Assembly: GCA_002245135.1 (NCBI GenBank)
Contig: NGBS01001160.1
Span: 62,001 to 126,000, forward strand
DNA length: 64,000 bases
Source of the DNA: Proteromonas lacertae
Lineage: Eukaryota
Direction: 5' to 3'
The translations under genes were made by a program, and so were the position numbers. The notes below the pieces were generated by a model. It saw only the letters and a list, made by a program, of their open reading frames with translations, was not told the DNA's origin and searched no databases. Shown piece by piece: positions 39,701-53,741 of the stretch. The stretch's first letter is position 1, and every line of letters begins with the position of its first letter.

Positions 39701-40157
39701 CTTTTGTACAGATGTTGCTTAAACAGTTCAATGTATTACCAACTGTGTAGATATCTTTACTGTCTAATCCTTTCTTTAATAAGTTGGATGCTAAGACAAT
39801 TACATCAGTTTCTTCGCTGAAACTTTGACTGGCACAAAGATTTCTAAAAAAATTAACCCATAATTAATATACCCAATTCTTCTGATTTTAAAGCTCTGGA
39901 AAGACATAATTTCGATAATATTAAAGGCCTATAATAAATATTTAGCTATTTCTATAGTATACTGCCCAATCCATTTCATAACCCAACATATTCAAATATA
40001 GCAATTTCAATAATCCATTTGCCTTCTTTTCCATATCAGTGGTCGAGATTTCTTCTTTTATCTCAGTGGTAACTTTTACAACATACTGTTGCTTCTCTGT
40101 ATCATCTCTGCAACTACGAATGCCTTTTACAATATCTTGTAGATTTTTCTCAAACAT
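36711..40157 (-). CDS. AP3D1: AP-3 complex delta subunit
   Basis: MFEKNLQDIVKGIR, EPRLARK, DPNLKY, DVEVQERA, PVSSKAQKKVPVPEGLDLD.WI. Confidence 0.95.
36975..37497 (-). repeat. Coding low-complexity arrays (HHESSR/H)n then (EEKPK)n in AP3D1 tail
   Basis: Directly visible degenerate 15-21-nt tandem units. Confidence 0.9.
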
Positions 40158-40243
40158 ATGAGAAGATATTCAATCAAAATGAAAAAGATATTGATTTGGG
40201 GTATGAAAAAAAAGCTTGAAAGATTTAAATTCTATTTTGAAAA

Positions 40244-41165
40244 ATGACTTCAAACTACTGGGAATCAACTCAATGGTATGATATTGATCGTTTTATAGAA
40301 TATAGTGTTAATTGGGCTTCTAAATTTACTATAAATGATTTTGTCAATGAAAGTTCAAGTGAATTGAACTTTTTTTCAACAGAGAATCTTCATTATATAA
40401 GAGATTATTTTATATTGTGTATTTTATTGTATTATTATAATATAGTGATAAGACAAACAGGAGATAAATGTAAAATCAACATTAATGCAATATCAACAGC
40501 TATTGTTTACTTTCAAAGAGTTTATTTAATGTATAAATAATAATTAATATTTTAGATCTAATTTTAAAGAATGTAATCCATATTTACTATCTCCAACAGT
40601 TTTATATTTATCATCAAAAGTAGAAGAATATCCTATTAGACTAGATGTAATATTAAGCACATATAGAACTGAATTAATTCAATTAGAAGGTCCATCTTTA
40701 TTATGGCCAACTAAAAGTGTTTATGAATGTGAAGAATTTGTGATTAAACTGATGAATTATGATTTGATGATAAATCATCCTTATAATAATTTATATAGAT
40801 ATTTAAATGAAATAGATTTAGAAAAAACAACCTATTATTCAATATGGACAGTAATAAATGATATGTATTATACTCCAATTCCTTTACTATATTGTCCTGA
40901 TTTGATGATATTATCTGCAATATATGTAATTGGAAGTTATATAGAAAGAGATTTCACTAGTTATTTGAATAAACACCACGTGAATATGGATGATGTCTAT
41001 AAAATTACTTCGTTGTTATTAGAAGTTTATAATCGTAATAACAAGCTGAAACAAAATGTCTTAGAAAATTTTTTGAAAGAATTGGAAAAGAATATGAAAA
41101 AGAATAATGAAATTGCAATTAAAAATCATATAGAGAGTAATAAATATTCAATTTTAAAAGGTTAG
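40244..41165 (+). CDS. CCNC: Cyclin C (Mediator kinase module)
   Basis: MTSNYWESTQ, STAIVYFQRVY, PT.LYLSSKVEE, ECEE.....MNYDL.INHPY, W.VINDMY.T. Confidence 0.85.
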
Positions 41166-41290
41166 TATAATAATTTGAATTTTTTGTTACTATATATAAA
41201 TACAATCACAAGAAAACAATGAAAAAAGAAAAAAGAAACGGCTATATGTCAATGACATGTCAAATTGTAATACCGTTATTTCAAATATAA

Positions 41291-44200
41291 ATGTCTAATC
41301 TCCTTTATCAATGGCTTAATAATGAAATACAATTAGACACTTTTGTTTCAGATGAGAGTAGTTTTAGTAATGGATATTTAATTGCTGAAATTCTATACAA
41401 ATACAACCAAATCTCTAATTTTAAAGAGTTTAAAAATTGTAATAGAGTTGATGATATTATTAAAAATTATTGTTTATTGGATAATATATTTACAGAGTTA
41501 AATATCGATTTTAGCACCAGAGATGCAATAGATATGATAAATAATAAAAAAGGAGTAGCATCCAAGCTTTTATACAAAATACAAATGCGTTTAAGAAATG
41601 CTTCAATGACAACTGATACCAGTAGGAACTGCAAAATCTGATCAAGTGGTTAAATTGCCAGTATTTAGAGAAAATGTTCCCAAGAAAACATATACAGAAG
41701 CAAAACACAGAATATTCGAACAGGCACTAAGAATGACTCTTGAAAATCAAAATACAATCATGATGAGAAAGCATTTAAGAAGATTCAACGATACAGCTGA
41801 TATAAATAGAGTATGACAAATATAATTATTATTATTATATGAATAGCGTACTGGTACATCAAGACGTATAAGAGAAAGAAGAGAAGATGAAACAAGAAAT
41901 CAGTCATTCAGACAAACTCAATTAGATAATATGCATAGAATCCGTAAAATGAAAGAAGATAAAGCAAAATATGATAATGAACAATGGTTAATTAATATGT
42001 CCATACGTGAAGCAGAGAATAATTTGAAAAAAGCATTCAAAGAAACACAGTTGAATAAAACAAGAACAAAACAAGTATAGTTATTTATTTGTTTATTGTT
42101 TTATATATAGTGGATGACTATGCAGAATGATATGGCTGTAGTTGATGAATTAGAGATAATGGAACAAACATTGAATTTACCTAGAAAACCAGATCCATTA
42201 GATTTAACCAGTGAAGAAATAGAAAAAAGAGCAGAAGAAACGAAAGAAGAGTTTGATGAAAGAATTAATAAGACAATTGGTCATAAGAGTGAATGGTTGA
42301 AAAATGGAAGAAAAACTTATGAAGAAATCACTAAAAATAGAGAATTCAATAAAGAAAAATCAATTGCTAATACTAAAAGAAGACAAAAGTATAATATTTT
42401 ATTATTTATATGTTAATAGTTTTCTATGTTTATTGATTGAAAATGATGATTAATGACTGTAATAAAAGAATTAATAATAAATTATGTGAATTTGTCTGCA
42501 GAGAAACAAACTATGAAAAGCAATTGAAAAATCAGAACGATGAAATTATTGAGTATATCAAAGTAGCAAGTGATAATCGATTATACCGTCAAAACCAATT
42601 AGATACAAAAGCTGAAGAAAGAAAACAAGAGATCAATGTAATTGATAGTATTTATTATGATAACATATCCAGTAATGTTGAGAGTGAAAGAGATAAGCAA
42701 ATGATCATATATAATGATATAAAAGAATCAAATACCACAGAGTTGACAAAAAGAGATGAAGATGAAATGAGAGATTTATTAAATGAAATTATTTTATTTT
42801 CATTTAATGTAATTGATTATATCGAAGTCAGACATAATAAAGCTCCAGATCATATTATTCGAGATAATTCTAGAATATTCTCAGCTAATATGAAGAAGAA
42901 TAATGAAGATGAACCTGAAGAAGATGGTGCTGAAGATAAGATATTGAATTATAGAGAATTGTATGATTATATAAAAGGTGAATATGAATGGAAATATACT
43001 GAAGAAGATGAATTTAAACATGAAAATGAAGTAACAATTGATGATCAAAACTATGTTAATTTCCCTGAAGGTATCAAGCCATTAACTCGAGAAGGATATC
43101 CAATAGAATATGTAGCTGGTGAAGTATTATATCATATTGAAAAACCATTGTTATCAGCCACCAGAAAGTGGAAGTTAAACCTGAAATACCAGTATTTCCA
43201 ATGCAATTAATAGTAATTGGTAAACCATTTTCAGGTAAATCTACAGTAATAACTGAACTGTGTAAAAGATATAATTTAAAACCAATTTTATTGAGTGAAA
43301 TAATACCAATGATAGTGACTTGTGAAAAGAAATCTTTATATCATGAATATAAGAAACAAATAAAAGATATAATGAGAAAAGGAAGAAATGTAACAGATAG
43401 TTTATTAGTAGATATATTAATAACAACTATAAAGAATATTCCAAAAGAAAAAGTAGGAGAAGGAGAAACTGAATATAAAGGATATATAATTGAAGGATAT
43501 CCTCAAACCTTAGAACAAGCCAAACTATTTGAGTTGAAATTGAGTGGTTATACAGAAAAGAAATTAGAAGAACCATTATATCCAAGACTATATCCATTAC
43601 CTGATAAATATATACCACAAATAACAATAGATGGAGAAAGTAAAATAGATGGAATAATTGACTTATTATATGATAATGATAATATAATAAAAAGAGTAGA
43701 AGGAAGAGTTACAAGTAATAAAAACAAAGAGAATTATCATATTTATAATAATCCACCACCTTCTGAATTACTATTATCAGAGAGTTTAGAACCAACCAAA
43801 GATGATAGGAATTATAATTCAACTATAAGTTGTTATTTATATAGTTACAATAAGTTCCATGATGAAATGATTAAATACTTTGATCGATTTGGTTATTATT
43901 ATGGTGTTGATTTAAATGATAAAGCTGAAGAAGAAGTGATTAATGAAGTGGAAGGTATAATAGCAAGAGTAGAAGAAAGTCAAAATAGCAAGGCAATGAA
44001 GAGAGAAGAGGAATTAACAAGAGAGTATTTACATCAATTACAAATAGAAAAAGAAAAAGAAATGGAAAGAGAAGACTTTGAGAGAAAAACCATGTATGAT
44101 GAAGATATATGGATTCAATTGAAGTTTTTGAATGGTGAAGATGAAGAAGTGCAAGATATGGTGTATAAGCCAATGAGTAAGAGTATGAGTGATAGATTAG

Positions 44201-45667
44201 TAGAAAGAGGATTACCAGTTAGTGATTTGAATGAAAGTTATTTACATCAATGGAAATTAATAGAAAATAAGTATTATATATATTATATTATATTTATTTA
44301 TTATATTTTATTTATATGAATAGTTATATTACTTGTTTACTTGAATTATTTGACAAAGTAAGAAGTACTCATTATAAATGTGTTAATCACTATGATAGTG
44401 TAAGAATGACATATGTTGATTATATAAAGAGAGTTCACTAACAAGCAAGAATTAGTAAATCAATCAATATTGAAATTCAATGAAGTTCCAATAGATTTAA
44501 GAATTAATATTAATACAAAATATGAATTGCATCAACTTATTACAGATTTGAATAATCAATTATGGGAAATAACTGAAAATAGAGACAAAGAGAATGTTAA
44601 AGAATTATTCAGAATAAGAAATGATGATTGGATTTATGATGAATTAGTAATAATTATTGAATGTATAAGTTATACAATGCAAATGGAAATTGATAAATTA
44701 TACACAACGATCAGAATATTAGATGATTATCAGACATTAAATGAAGGAAAATCATTAAAAGTATTAAGTAAAGAAATGGTAGAGAGAGAATGGGAAGGTC
44801 CAATAGTGAATCCTTATTACTTAGAATGGAGTGAAGAAGGAGAATGTGATAATGATTTAAGCACAATTTATGGTTATTTATATCGAAGATGATGGTGATA
44901 CAAAAGGTGGTGCAAAAAAAGGAGCTAAAAAAGACACAAAAAAGAATGATAAAAAGAAGAAAGAAAAGACAAAATCATCAGCAAACAGTAAGAATAAAGA
45001 CAATAGAAAGAGTGTAGCCAAAAGTAAAAAAGGAAAGAAAGGTAAGGAAGTAGAAGAAGAAGAAGTATTAGAAGATAAAGATTATATTACTCCATTAAAG
45101 AATGTATTAGATATTGGATTAAATCGAGGTTTAGTTAGTATTGAAGTGTTAAATAAGAGATTCAGTTTTATACCAAAACCTGATGAAGAAGGTGCAAATG
45201 ATGGAAAGAAAGGAGGTAAAAAGAAGAGTGTAAAAGGTGCATCAAAAGCCAAAGCATCAACAGTCAAGAAAAGTACCAAGAAACCATCTTCCATTAAGAA
45301 AGGAAAAGATAGTGGAGTAGCTGAAGCAGAACCAGAAAAACCAGAAATAACTGAGATGGTTGATGAAATTAGAAAATGTATAGAATATGAATGTAATGAA
45401 TGTGCAAGAAGATATAAACGATTATATAGAATTGGATTACAGTTAATTGAAGAATTTACTGGTATTAGTAAAGATGCATATAAATTTATGAATGAAGAAG
45501 AAAGAAAAGAAATTAAATTAGAATTTGGTAGTATAGAAAGAATAACAAGAGAAATGAGAGAATGTGTAGAAAATGAAAAGCCAATTGAATGTTTATTAAT
45601 GATTGAAAAGAGTGATTATGTAGTTAATAAAACATTGAAATTTGATGAAACTAAAATATATCAATAA
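41291..45667 (+). CDS. SPEF2: SPEF2/CPC1-like central-pair protein (CH domain, adenylate-kinase-like domain) with five frame breaks
   Basis: LYQWLN..FSNGYLIAEILYKY CH domain; GKPFSGKS P-loop; GYIIEGYPQTLEQAKLFE; NKQE....FN.VP.DLR....TK.ELH. Frame breaks near 41640, 42450, 43150, 44440 and 44890. Confidence 0.8.
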
Positions 45668-45790
45668 AAAATAAAATTAAATAATTATCTAATGTTTTTT
45701 ATTATTTCAACATTTCTTTTTTCCTTATAACACAAACAATACAATAATAAAAGTAACAAATAAACAACAACAACCGTATAGATTGATAAA

Positions 45791-46975
45791 CTATCTATTG
45801 TGAGCATGATATATAATTAAATTGGGTAATCCTATCAATTGAAATCCATTCTTCTTTACCATTCTTCCAAATCCTTCGGTTTCAACACAATGATCATATA
45901 ATTCCTCAGGAAATACTATTCCGCTTCTAAACACTTTAGATTTAGCTAGAATCATTGTTCCACCAACAGCATCTACATCAATTTCATATAAAAGTGGTTT
46001 GCTTGGATCTCTATATTCATATATTGTTTTGATCCATGTAGTTGGAAATGCAATATATGGATTCATCAAGAAATAATCATTTCGTTGTCTTTTCACATAT
46101 TCAATAACTTCTGGAGTTAAAATCCAAGTATTGGCATCATATCTTGCATCATTTGATGTATCTAACAAACAATTTGGAACAACAACATCTTTGTTTACAC
46201 TCATCATAAGTTCAATAATATCATTATGAGGAGATGTTATAACATCTGAATCTATCCATAATACATAATTTTCATCCCCTAATGTTTGCTTTAATACATA
46301 ATTCCTTAATTCTGCGATTTTCTTCCTTCTATATAGTTGCTTATGCATTTCACGTCTGTTAGGCAAATTCATATTAGCATTTTTATGAACTAATTTAATA
46401 CTTCTGTATAACGGTTTATTCTTTTCGATTTGTTCATTCAGCTTAGACATTGTCTTACTAAAATCTTCACTATCTCCTTCTAATATTCCTATAGATATTT
46501 TCGACTTTGGATAAGTGAAATTGTTAATTAAAGTGAAAAAAGAATCAATATAATCAGATGAGTGAAACAGCGTGATAATTAATACTGATTTATCATCTGA
46601 TACTGGTTTATAGGTAGGAGGTTGGTTGTTATTGTAATTATTATTATTTTCATTAATTGGTGGATTTGCGGTATAGATATATTTTGCTTCTCTTGTTGGC
46701 CATCTATTAAAATGAGGATTTTGTTTATTAATTGTAGGTTGTCTGTTTGCGAATTTATTCTCATTATTTGGATTTGGTTTACTGTTCCGATACTCTATTT
46801 CTGGTTCATTCATTACAGGTTTATTTTTCTCATAATTCCTTTTATTATCAGTATTTTTGTTATGTTCGTAGTTATGTACATCCGAAAGGGGTTTGTTACT
46901 GGTGTTGTTAAGTGCCAAAACTAGACATACTGCTAAAGTGACAACAACAACCAACACAGGAATAAAATAAAACAT
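45791..46975 (-). CDS. GT62 Anp1/Mnn9/Van1-like mannosyltransferase, type II membrane, intronless
   Basis: TM at N-terminus; TYPKSKISIGILEGDS.D, RR.KIA.LRN, VLWIDSDV, YDANTW, DAVGGT, ETEGFG.M. Confidence 0.85.
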   Translation of the reverse strand: MFYFIPVLVVVVTLAVCLVLALNNTSNKPLSDVHNYEHNKNTDNKRNYEKNKPVMNEPEIEYRNSKPNPNNENKFANRQPTINKQNPHFNRWPTREAKYIYTANPPINENNNNYNNNQPPTYKPVSDDKSVLIITLFHSSDYIDSFFTLINNFTYPKSKISIGILEGDSEDFSKTMSKLNEQIEKNKPLYRSIKLVHKNANMNLPNRREMHKQLYRRKKIAELRNYVLKQTLGDENYVLWIDSDVITSPHNDIIELMMSVNKDVVVPNCLLDTSNDARYDANTWILTPEVIEYVKRQRNDYFLMNPYIAFPTTWIKTIYEYRDPSKPLLYEIDVDAVGGTMILAKSKVFRSGIVFPEELYDHCVETEGFGRMVKKNGFQLIGLPNLIIYHAHNR

Positions 46976-47078
46976 CACAAAAGAAGATAAAAATATATCT
47001 GTTTCATTTATGAAACGACAAATCAAGCCAAAAAAACAAACTTTACGCTGAATATAACGAACAATGCAAATAAATATG

Positions 47079-48031
47079 TTACTTTGATACTGGTGAGAAA
47101 AATGACGATATAGATTTTTGGTTTTTATCAACAGTAACTTCTTTCCTTTGTTTTCTTTGCTTTTTTCTTCTTCTCTTGGTCATCTTTTACTGGTTCTTCG
47201 ATCTTTCGTTTAGGAAGAGGATTTATAAATCTTCTATAATCCTTTGCATCAATACTATATGCAATTTATATTAAAAAATAGTGTAAAATACTCTAATGAA
47301 TTCAATAATGAGTTAAAACTGTCTTTAGAAACGTATTCTTCTATTATTGACAAAGATGTGAACTTGTTGTATCTCTCTTGTTCTATAGAATAAACATATA
47401 CAGCATATGTAATACCTTCAGTCAATTCTTTTGAAGAATTTGGATTTTTATTGATATGTTTTTCTTTGAATATATTCATAAGACCATTAAATTTCATTTT
47501 CAAAAATGTCATCCACTTTTCATTTGAAAATTTATAAAAAGTGTCATTCCCAACAATTTGAGTATCACAGATCAATTCAAGATCACATTTGTCACATTTA
47601 TTGAAATCTATACTGTCTGAAATATAAAGAAGTTGATCTTTGCTTTCAAAATTTTGATGTGTTTCAATAAATGTAACAATTAAGAATAATGGATCTATTG
47701 GCGTTATAGCATAAATACATCCATCTACAATATAACATAATATATGTAATAATTATACTCTTACACACTGAGTTATTGATAAACCATGAAGAATGTCTTT
47801 TAATTGTACATTTACTCAATTCATATAAAGTTCTTTCGAATAGAGCAAATTTTATTTCTTTTTCTGCAGAAGATTATGTCATTAATAATACCTGTGTGTG
47901 GATTCTTAATAGTAAAGACTTCTTTACCGAAACCAGCAAATTTATCGGCAGAAGTGTCTAAAATAATAAATATGATGGTTATCTTTTATACCTCCTCCAA
48001 AGAAAATAACCCTCTTTTGAACTTGGTTCAT
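47079..48031 (-). CDS. RNASEH2B: Ribonuclease H2 subunit B with C-terminal PIP box; one +1 frame break
   Basis: NPHT, LYEL, SWFINNSV..DG.IY..TPIDPLFL; C-terminal VDKNQKSISSFF in the +1 frame. Confidence 0.85.
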
Positions 48032-48065
48032 ATACGTTTCTGGTGCGAAAAAAATGCAGATTTTT

Positions 48066-48103
48066 AAACCAATCAGAATCGTAACGAACATTTTTAAACC
48101 AAT
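48066..48103 (+). promoter_or_regulatory. Two TAAACCAAT (CCAAT-box) copies between RNASEH2B and calmodulin
   Basis: TTTTTAAACCAAT repeated 30 nt apart. Confidence 0.5.
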
Positions 48104-48162
48104 AATTTTAAATCATTGCTTATTATTCGTTATATTTTTTTAAATAAAAATTACAATCAAAA

Positions 48163-48645
<483 letters not shown>

Positions 48646-48744
48646 TTTATTTAAATTTTATTTGTGAATTTTTATATTTATGAGGATGGGAGTATTACCA
48701 TAAAAAACAATTCTATATTCATAGAAAAATATTGTAATACTAAA

Positions 48745-50117
48745 TTAGGGTTTAATTAACACAGAATGGTAATTCTTTTTACCAATTCTCAAAATAATGT
48801 GTTTGTTAAATAAAATATCTTTATCTGACATTTTGTAGGTTGGAGAATCAACTTTTTTTGCATTAATATACAATCCACCACCTTTCACAAACTTTTTAGC
48901 TTCATTTTTAGATGCAAACTGATTAGCTTTAACCAATACTTCTGTAATAGGTTTATCAATAATCAAATCTGATGATAAACTTATATTTGGAATATTCTTA
49001 ACAACTTCATTTACTTCATCTTCTTTTAAATTATCTAACTTTTTATTACCAAACAATATATCACTTACCAACTTTGCTTTATTAACTCCATCACTTCCTC
49101 TTATATCTTTGGTTATAATATCAGCTAGTACAGTTTGAGCATAATGATTTTCAACATTATAATTATGTTTCATCATTATATCTCTTATTTCAGTTTTTGA
49201 TAATTCAGTCAAATAATAAAATAAAGTTTCAACATCACTATCTTGTTGCTGTTTTAAATATTGGTAAAATTGATACTATTTATTAATAAATAAAATAAAT
49301 AAATAATCAAAGTTTATAATTATACATTTGTTGTTTTATTTGGATTTAACCATATCGCATTTCCCGCAGTTTTTCCTAATTTCTGACCATTTTGAGTTGT
49401 TATTAACGGTATACATATACCATTTACAGTATCTGATGATAATTTTTTCACTAATCCAATTCCAGCAGTTATATTTCCCCATTGATCACTTCCACCAACT
49501 TGCAATACACAATTCTCATGAGTATGTAAGTGATAGTAATCGTAAGCTTGAAATAATTGGTATGAAAACTCTAAATAACTTATACCATTAGCAGAATGAA
49601 TTCTATCAGCAACGGATGATCGTGTAAGCATTGAACCTAATCTTACTTGACTGCCTACTTGACGCATAAAATCTAATAATGATTTATCTCCTAACCAATC
49701 TTTATTATTTAATATTAATGGTTTAGGTGATAAATCAAAGTCAATTATCTTCTTTAAGTCACTTTCAATACCAATTACATTTTTGTCAATTATTTCTTCA
49801 GATATTAAGTTTCTATCAACAGATTTCCCTGATGGATCACCTATTTGAGCAGTAAAACCACCAATCTAATTGAAAATATAATAAAATTAGATAATTTATA
49901 CTAAAAATATTGGTTTTATCCCTACTCTTTGAAAATATTTCATACATTTAATACCTAAATAATGTCCTAAATGTAATCCGTCAGATGTTGGATCAATACC
50001 AATATAAGCTGATGTTTTGGGTGACATGGTGTCTATTATTTTTGAAAAAGCATCAGAAGATTCATAGGTTGTTCTTTTTATCAGATTTCTTGAATATAAA
50101 AAAGCTAGTGGGTTCAT
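48745..50117 (-). CDS. YARS2: Bacterial-type (mitochondrial) tyrosyl-tRNA synthetase
   Basis: YIGIDPTSDGLHLGH, IGDPSGKS..R, EFSYQLFQAYD, QVGGSDQWGNI, KLGKTAGNAIWL, S4 domain. Confidence 0.92.
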
Positions 50118-50215
50118 TTTTGGCTTGGCTTGGATTGCATTTGTTTTTATCCCAAAATAAAACATTACAGTTACATACATTCACTAAATATAAAATAAAA
50201 AAATAAAACCTACTA

Positions 50216-51511
50216 CTATTTCTTCTTATTTAAGTCTTTATAAGCTACACTACTAACTTCTTGTATTATATTTAAATATGAGTCTATATTGGATTGGTTT
50301 AACTTAACTGTATTTAGTTTCTGATACTATAAGAAAATAATCAATTATTTATATAAATTATACAGTTTTCAATTTCTTCCAACTTTCAGAATTCATACAA
50401 TTTCCAGTTTTATCAACTTCAGGATTTATAACACGTTCATTAGTAAGAGGATCTTTTATATTCGGCATAATTATTACATTTTCACTACCACACATTTTTT
50501 TCAACAATTTTTTAACTTTATTATCAGTTGGTTTTAAAAGAATGTAATTTTTAATATTATTCTTCATATGAGAAAATTTCAATCCTTTTCCATCATTATA
50601 ATAACAACTATCTATTATATCATTACTCATAATCAATTTTCTATAATAATTACTACATTGATAACCAACTCTTCCTTGAATATTCTTCGAAAATAATCCC
50701 CAGTTATAATTCACACCTAAACTCAATATATTCTTATAAAAAAGTAGTATTTCACCAATATCCCATTCTCCTGTCCTTTGTGCTTCATTTGGTTCATTAA
50801 ATCTATAATAATATGCGTTTGGATTTTTATCTTTGTTCTTATAGGCTTTTAATCTTGCATCAGACCATCCTGCTTTTACTAATGATTCATCTAATACATT
50901 ATTATTATTACTACTATCATGTTCATCTTTTTTGGTAGTTTTCTTTTTCTTATTGTCTTTAGATTGTTCTAATACTGACATTGCATCATTTAATAATAAT
51001 TTTCCTTTACGTTTGGCAGTTTGCTTTTCTTCTGGTTTTTCAGTTTTTAGTTTTTTGGATGGTTGTGTTGTTTCTTCTTTTTTTTGAAGTGATTTTTGGT
51101 TTCTACCTCTTTTTTTAGGACTATCAGTTAGTTCTTTATGTGTATCAATATCAGATGTAATACTAGATGCATTAAATGAATGGATCTCTAAAACTGGATT
51201 TAATGTGGATGAAGAATTGGTTTTATGTTTATTGGATGATTTTACTTCATTTGATCCTTCATATACTTTCTTCCTTCTCTTATACTCACTTACTTTTCTA
51301 CATTTTGTAACTATAGGTACATTTACTTCATTGGGCTATATATAAATGAAAATTTTTATCTATACAGATGCTCTCGCCATCTCTTCTAAGAATTCTAACT
51401 TCTGATTTTCTAGATATTGAATCTGCTTTTGTAAAAGAAACTAATCAGAATTATTACAGAGATACATACCTTTTGAGTTTGACTCAACCCAGGAAAATCA
51501 AAATAGTCCAT
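50216..51511 (-). CDS. Myb/SANT-like protein with degenerate U-box-like C-terminus
   Basis: NAYYYRFNEP...GEW, WGLFS..I.GRVGYQCSNYYR, DPLT.E.V..P.....G....W. Confidence 0.65.
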
Positions 51512-51693
51512 TTCTTCATGATTATTAAGCATTTTTTTATTTTCTATTTCAAGCCTATTTCAAGCTATTAGATTTTGTTTTATTTTTTACGTTATTATGT
51601 TCAATACGCATTAACATCATATATTCAAACATTATTTCCATTTTTGTCAATTAGTAATATGAAACAACACGAATATCAAAAGGTTTATTCAAA

Positions 51694-52813
51694 TTAGTAT
51701 TTTTTATCCATCATATGTTTAACAGCTTCAATAACATTCTCAACTTGAGGTATACACAATCTTTCCAAATTTTCAGCGTATGGAGTAGGACAATCTGCAC
51801 CAGTTAACCTATACACAGGAGAATCTAAATAATCAAAAGCTTTAGATTCCATAATCAATCCACATATTTCAGAGCCAATTCCTGACTGTGGCCATGAATC
51901 TTCCACTGTTATTAAGTGATTAGTTTTCATTACACTTTTAAATATTGTTTCTTTATCTAAAGGTCTTAAGGATCTTAAATTAATCACTTCTGCATTTATA
52001 TTATCTTTTTCTTTCAATATTTTTGCTGCTTCTAACGTTGTATCTAATGCTCTAGAATGTGAAACCAATGTAATATCATCTCCTTCCATTTCTATCTTTG
52101 CTTTGCCAATTGGAATAATAAAATCCTTATCCAAAGCTTCTTCACTTATTTCAAATGTTTTACCATATAATAATTCACTTTCTAATACAACAACAGGATT
52201 ATTATCTCTAATTGCACTTTTCATTAATCCACGATAATCTTCAGCTGAATATGGTGAAACAACTTTTAATCCAGGAATACTGCTATATAATGGAGAAAAA
52301 TCTTGAGTATGTTGAGCAGCTACACCAACAGCAAAACCATTTGGTCCCCTAAAAACAATAGGAACTTTAATATTTCCACCTGTCATATAATGAGTTTTAG
52401 CACATGTATTAATAATATGATCAATTGCTTGTAATGAGAAATTCATTGTCATATATTCAACAACAGGATGTAAACCATGAAATGCTGCACCTGCTGCCAT
52501 TCCTGTAAAACCATATTCAGAGATTGGAGTGTCTATGATTCTTTTATTACCATATTTATCTAATAATCCTTTGGTTATTTTGTATGGACCATTATATTTA
52601 CCTATTTCTTCACCAATTAGTACAACCTTGGTGTTATGTTCTAATTCTTCATCTAATGCTTTGTTTAATGCTTCTCTTACTGTAATCTATGAATATGAAA
52701 AAAGGATTATGTTAATTCAATACTTTCTTCATTGTTGATGTTGAAGAATTACGTGTATAACATCTAAATACATTACAAGATCGATTTATAATTGAACTGT
52801 TGAATTTCATCAT
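51694..52813 (-). CDS. PDHB: Pyruvate dehydrogenase E1 beta with mitochondrial presequence
   Basis: [49 protein letters not shown]. Confidence 0.96.
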
Positions 52814-53158
52814 CTTCTAATAGGTAATTAAGCGAAGATCAGAAGTTATTCTTAAGAATTCTAATACTCGCACACCACCTTTAGTATAAAAAATATATGT
52901 TCATTGATATTGTTGAGTGATATTTTTATGATTGTGGATATCTTAAAAAGTAATAATTATAAAATTATAATTTCTCTTGTAATATGTTATTATCCTATAA
53001 TATTTTCATCACATAAATACCAATAATATAAATTTATAAAACTGGTTAGATTTTTAATTGTAGAGAAAAAAGAGTTTTTAAATACTTGGGGTATTTGAAA
53101 AAAACATCATCTAAATTTTTGGTGGCCGATTTTTGAAGCATTTTGTAATTAAGTCGAA

Positions 53159-53741
53159 ATGGTTTCTTTAAGATTACAAAAGAGGTATATTTTTTGCTCA
53201 ATCTAATGGTAATAGACTTGCTGCATCAGTTTTAAAGTGCGGTAAAAGAAAAATATGGATGGACCCTAATGAAGTCAGTGAAATTGAATTAGCCAACTCC
53301 AGACATAGTGTAAGAAAACTTATTAAGGATGGATTTATTTTCAGAAAGCCAGAAGTAGTACACTCACGTGCACGTGTTATTAAGAGAAATCTTGCTAAAG
53401 GTAAAGGTAGACACACTGGTTTCGGTAAAAGACATGGTACCTCAAATGCCCGTATGCCAGAAAAGGTATTATGGATGAGAAGAATCAGAGTATTGAGAAG
53501 ATTATTAAGAAAATACAGAGAAGCCGGTAAAATCGACAAACACTTATATCATACACTCTACTTATTATCCAAGGGTAACAGATTCAAGACAAAGAGAGTT
53601 TTAATCGAAACTATTCACAAAATGAAGGCTGAACAAACCGCACAAAAGACTATTATTGAAGAAGCCTTAGCCCGTAAAGCTAAAGCACAAGGAAAGAAGG
53701 TATATTTATTTATATTTATTATATTTTTCAAATAGGAATAA
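53159..53741 (+). CDS. RPL19: 60S ribosomal protein eL19
   Basis: [41 protein letters not shown]; last exon is GAA TAA. Confidence 0.96.

Noticed and set aside
41622..41646. 25-nt GTAG..AAG intron as a fix for the first SPEF2 break (similar AAG-ended options at ~44890 and ~47160)
   Set aside because: Frame-restoring, but these end in AAG and are mostly purine-rich, unlike the T-rich YAG introns elsewhere. Not excluded without RNA data.
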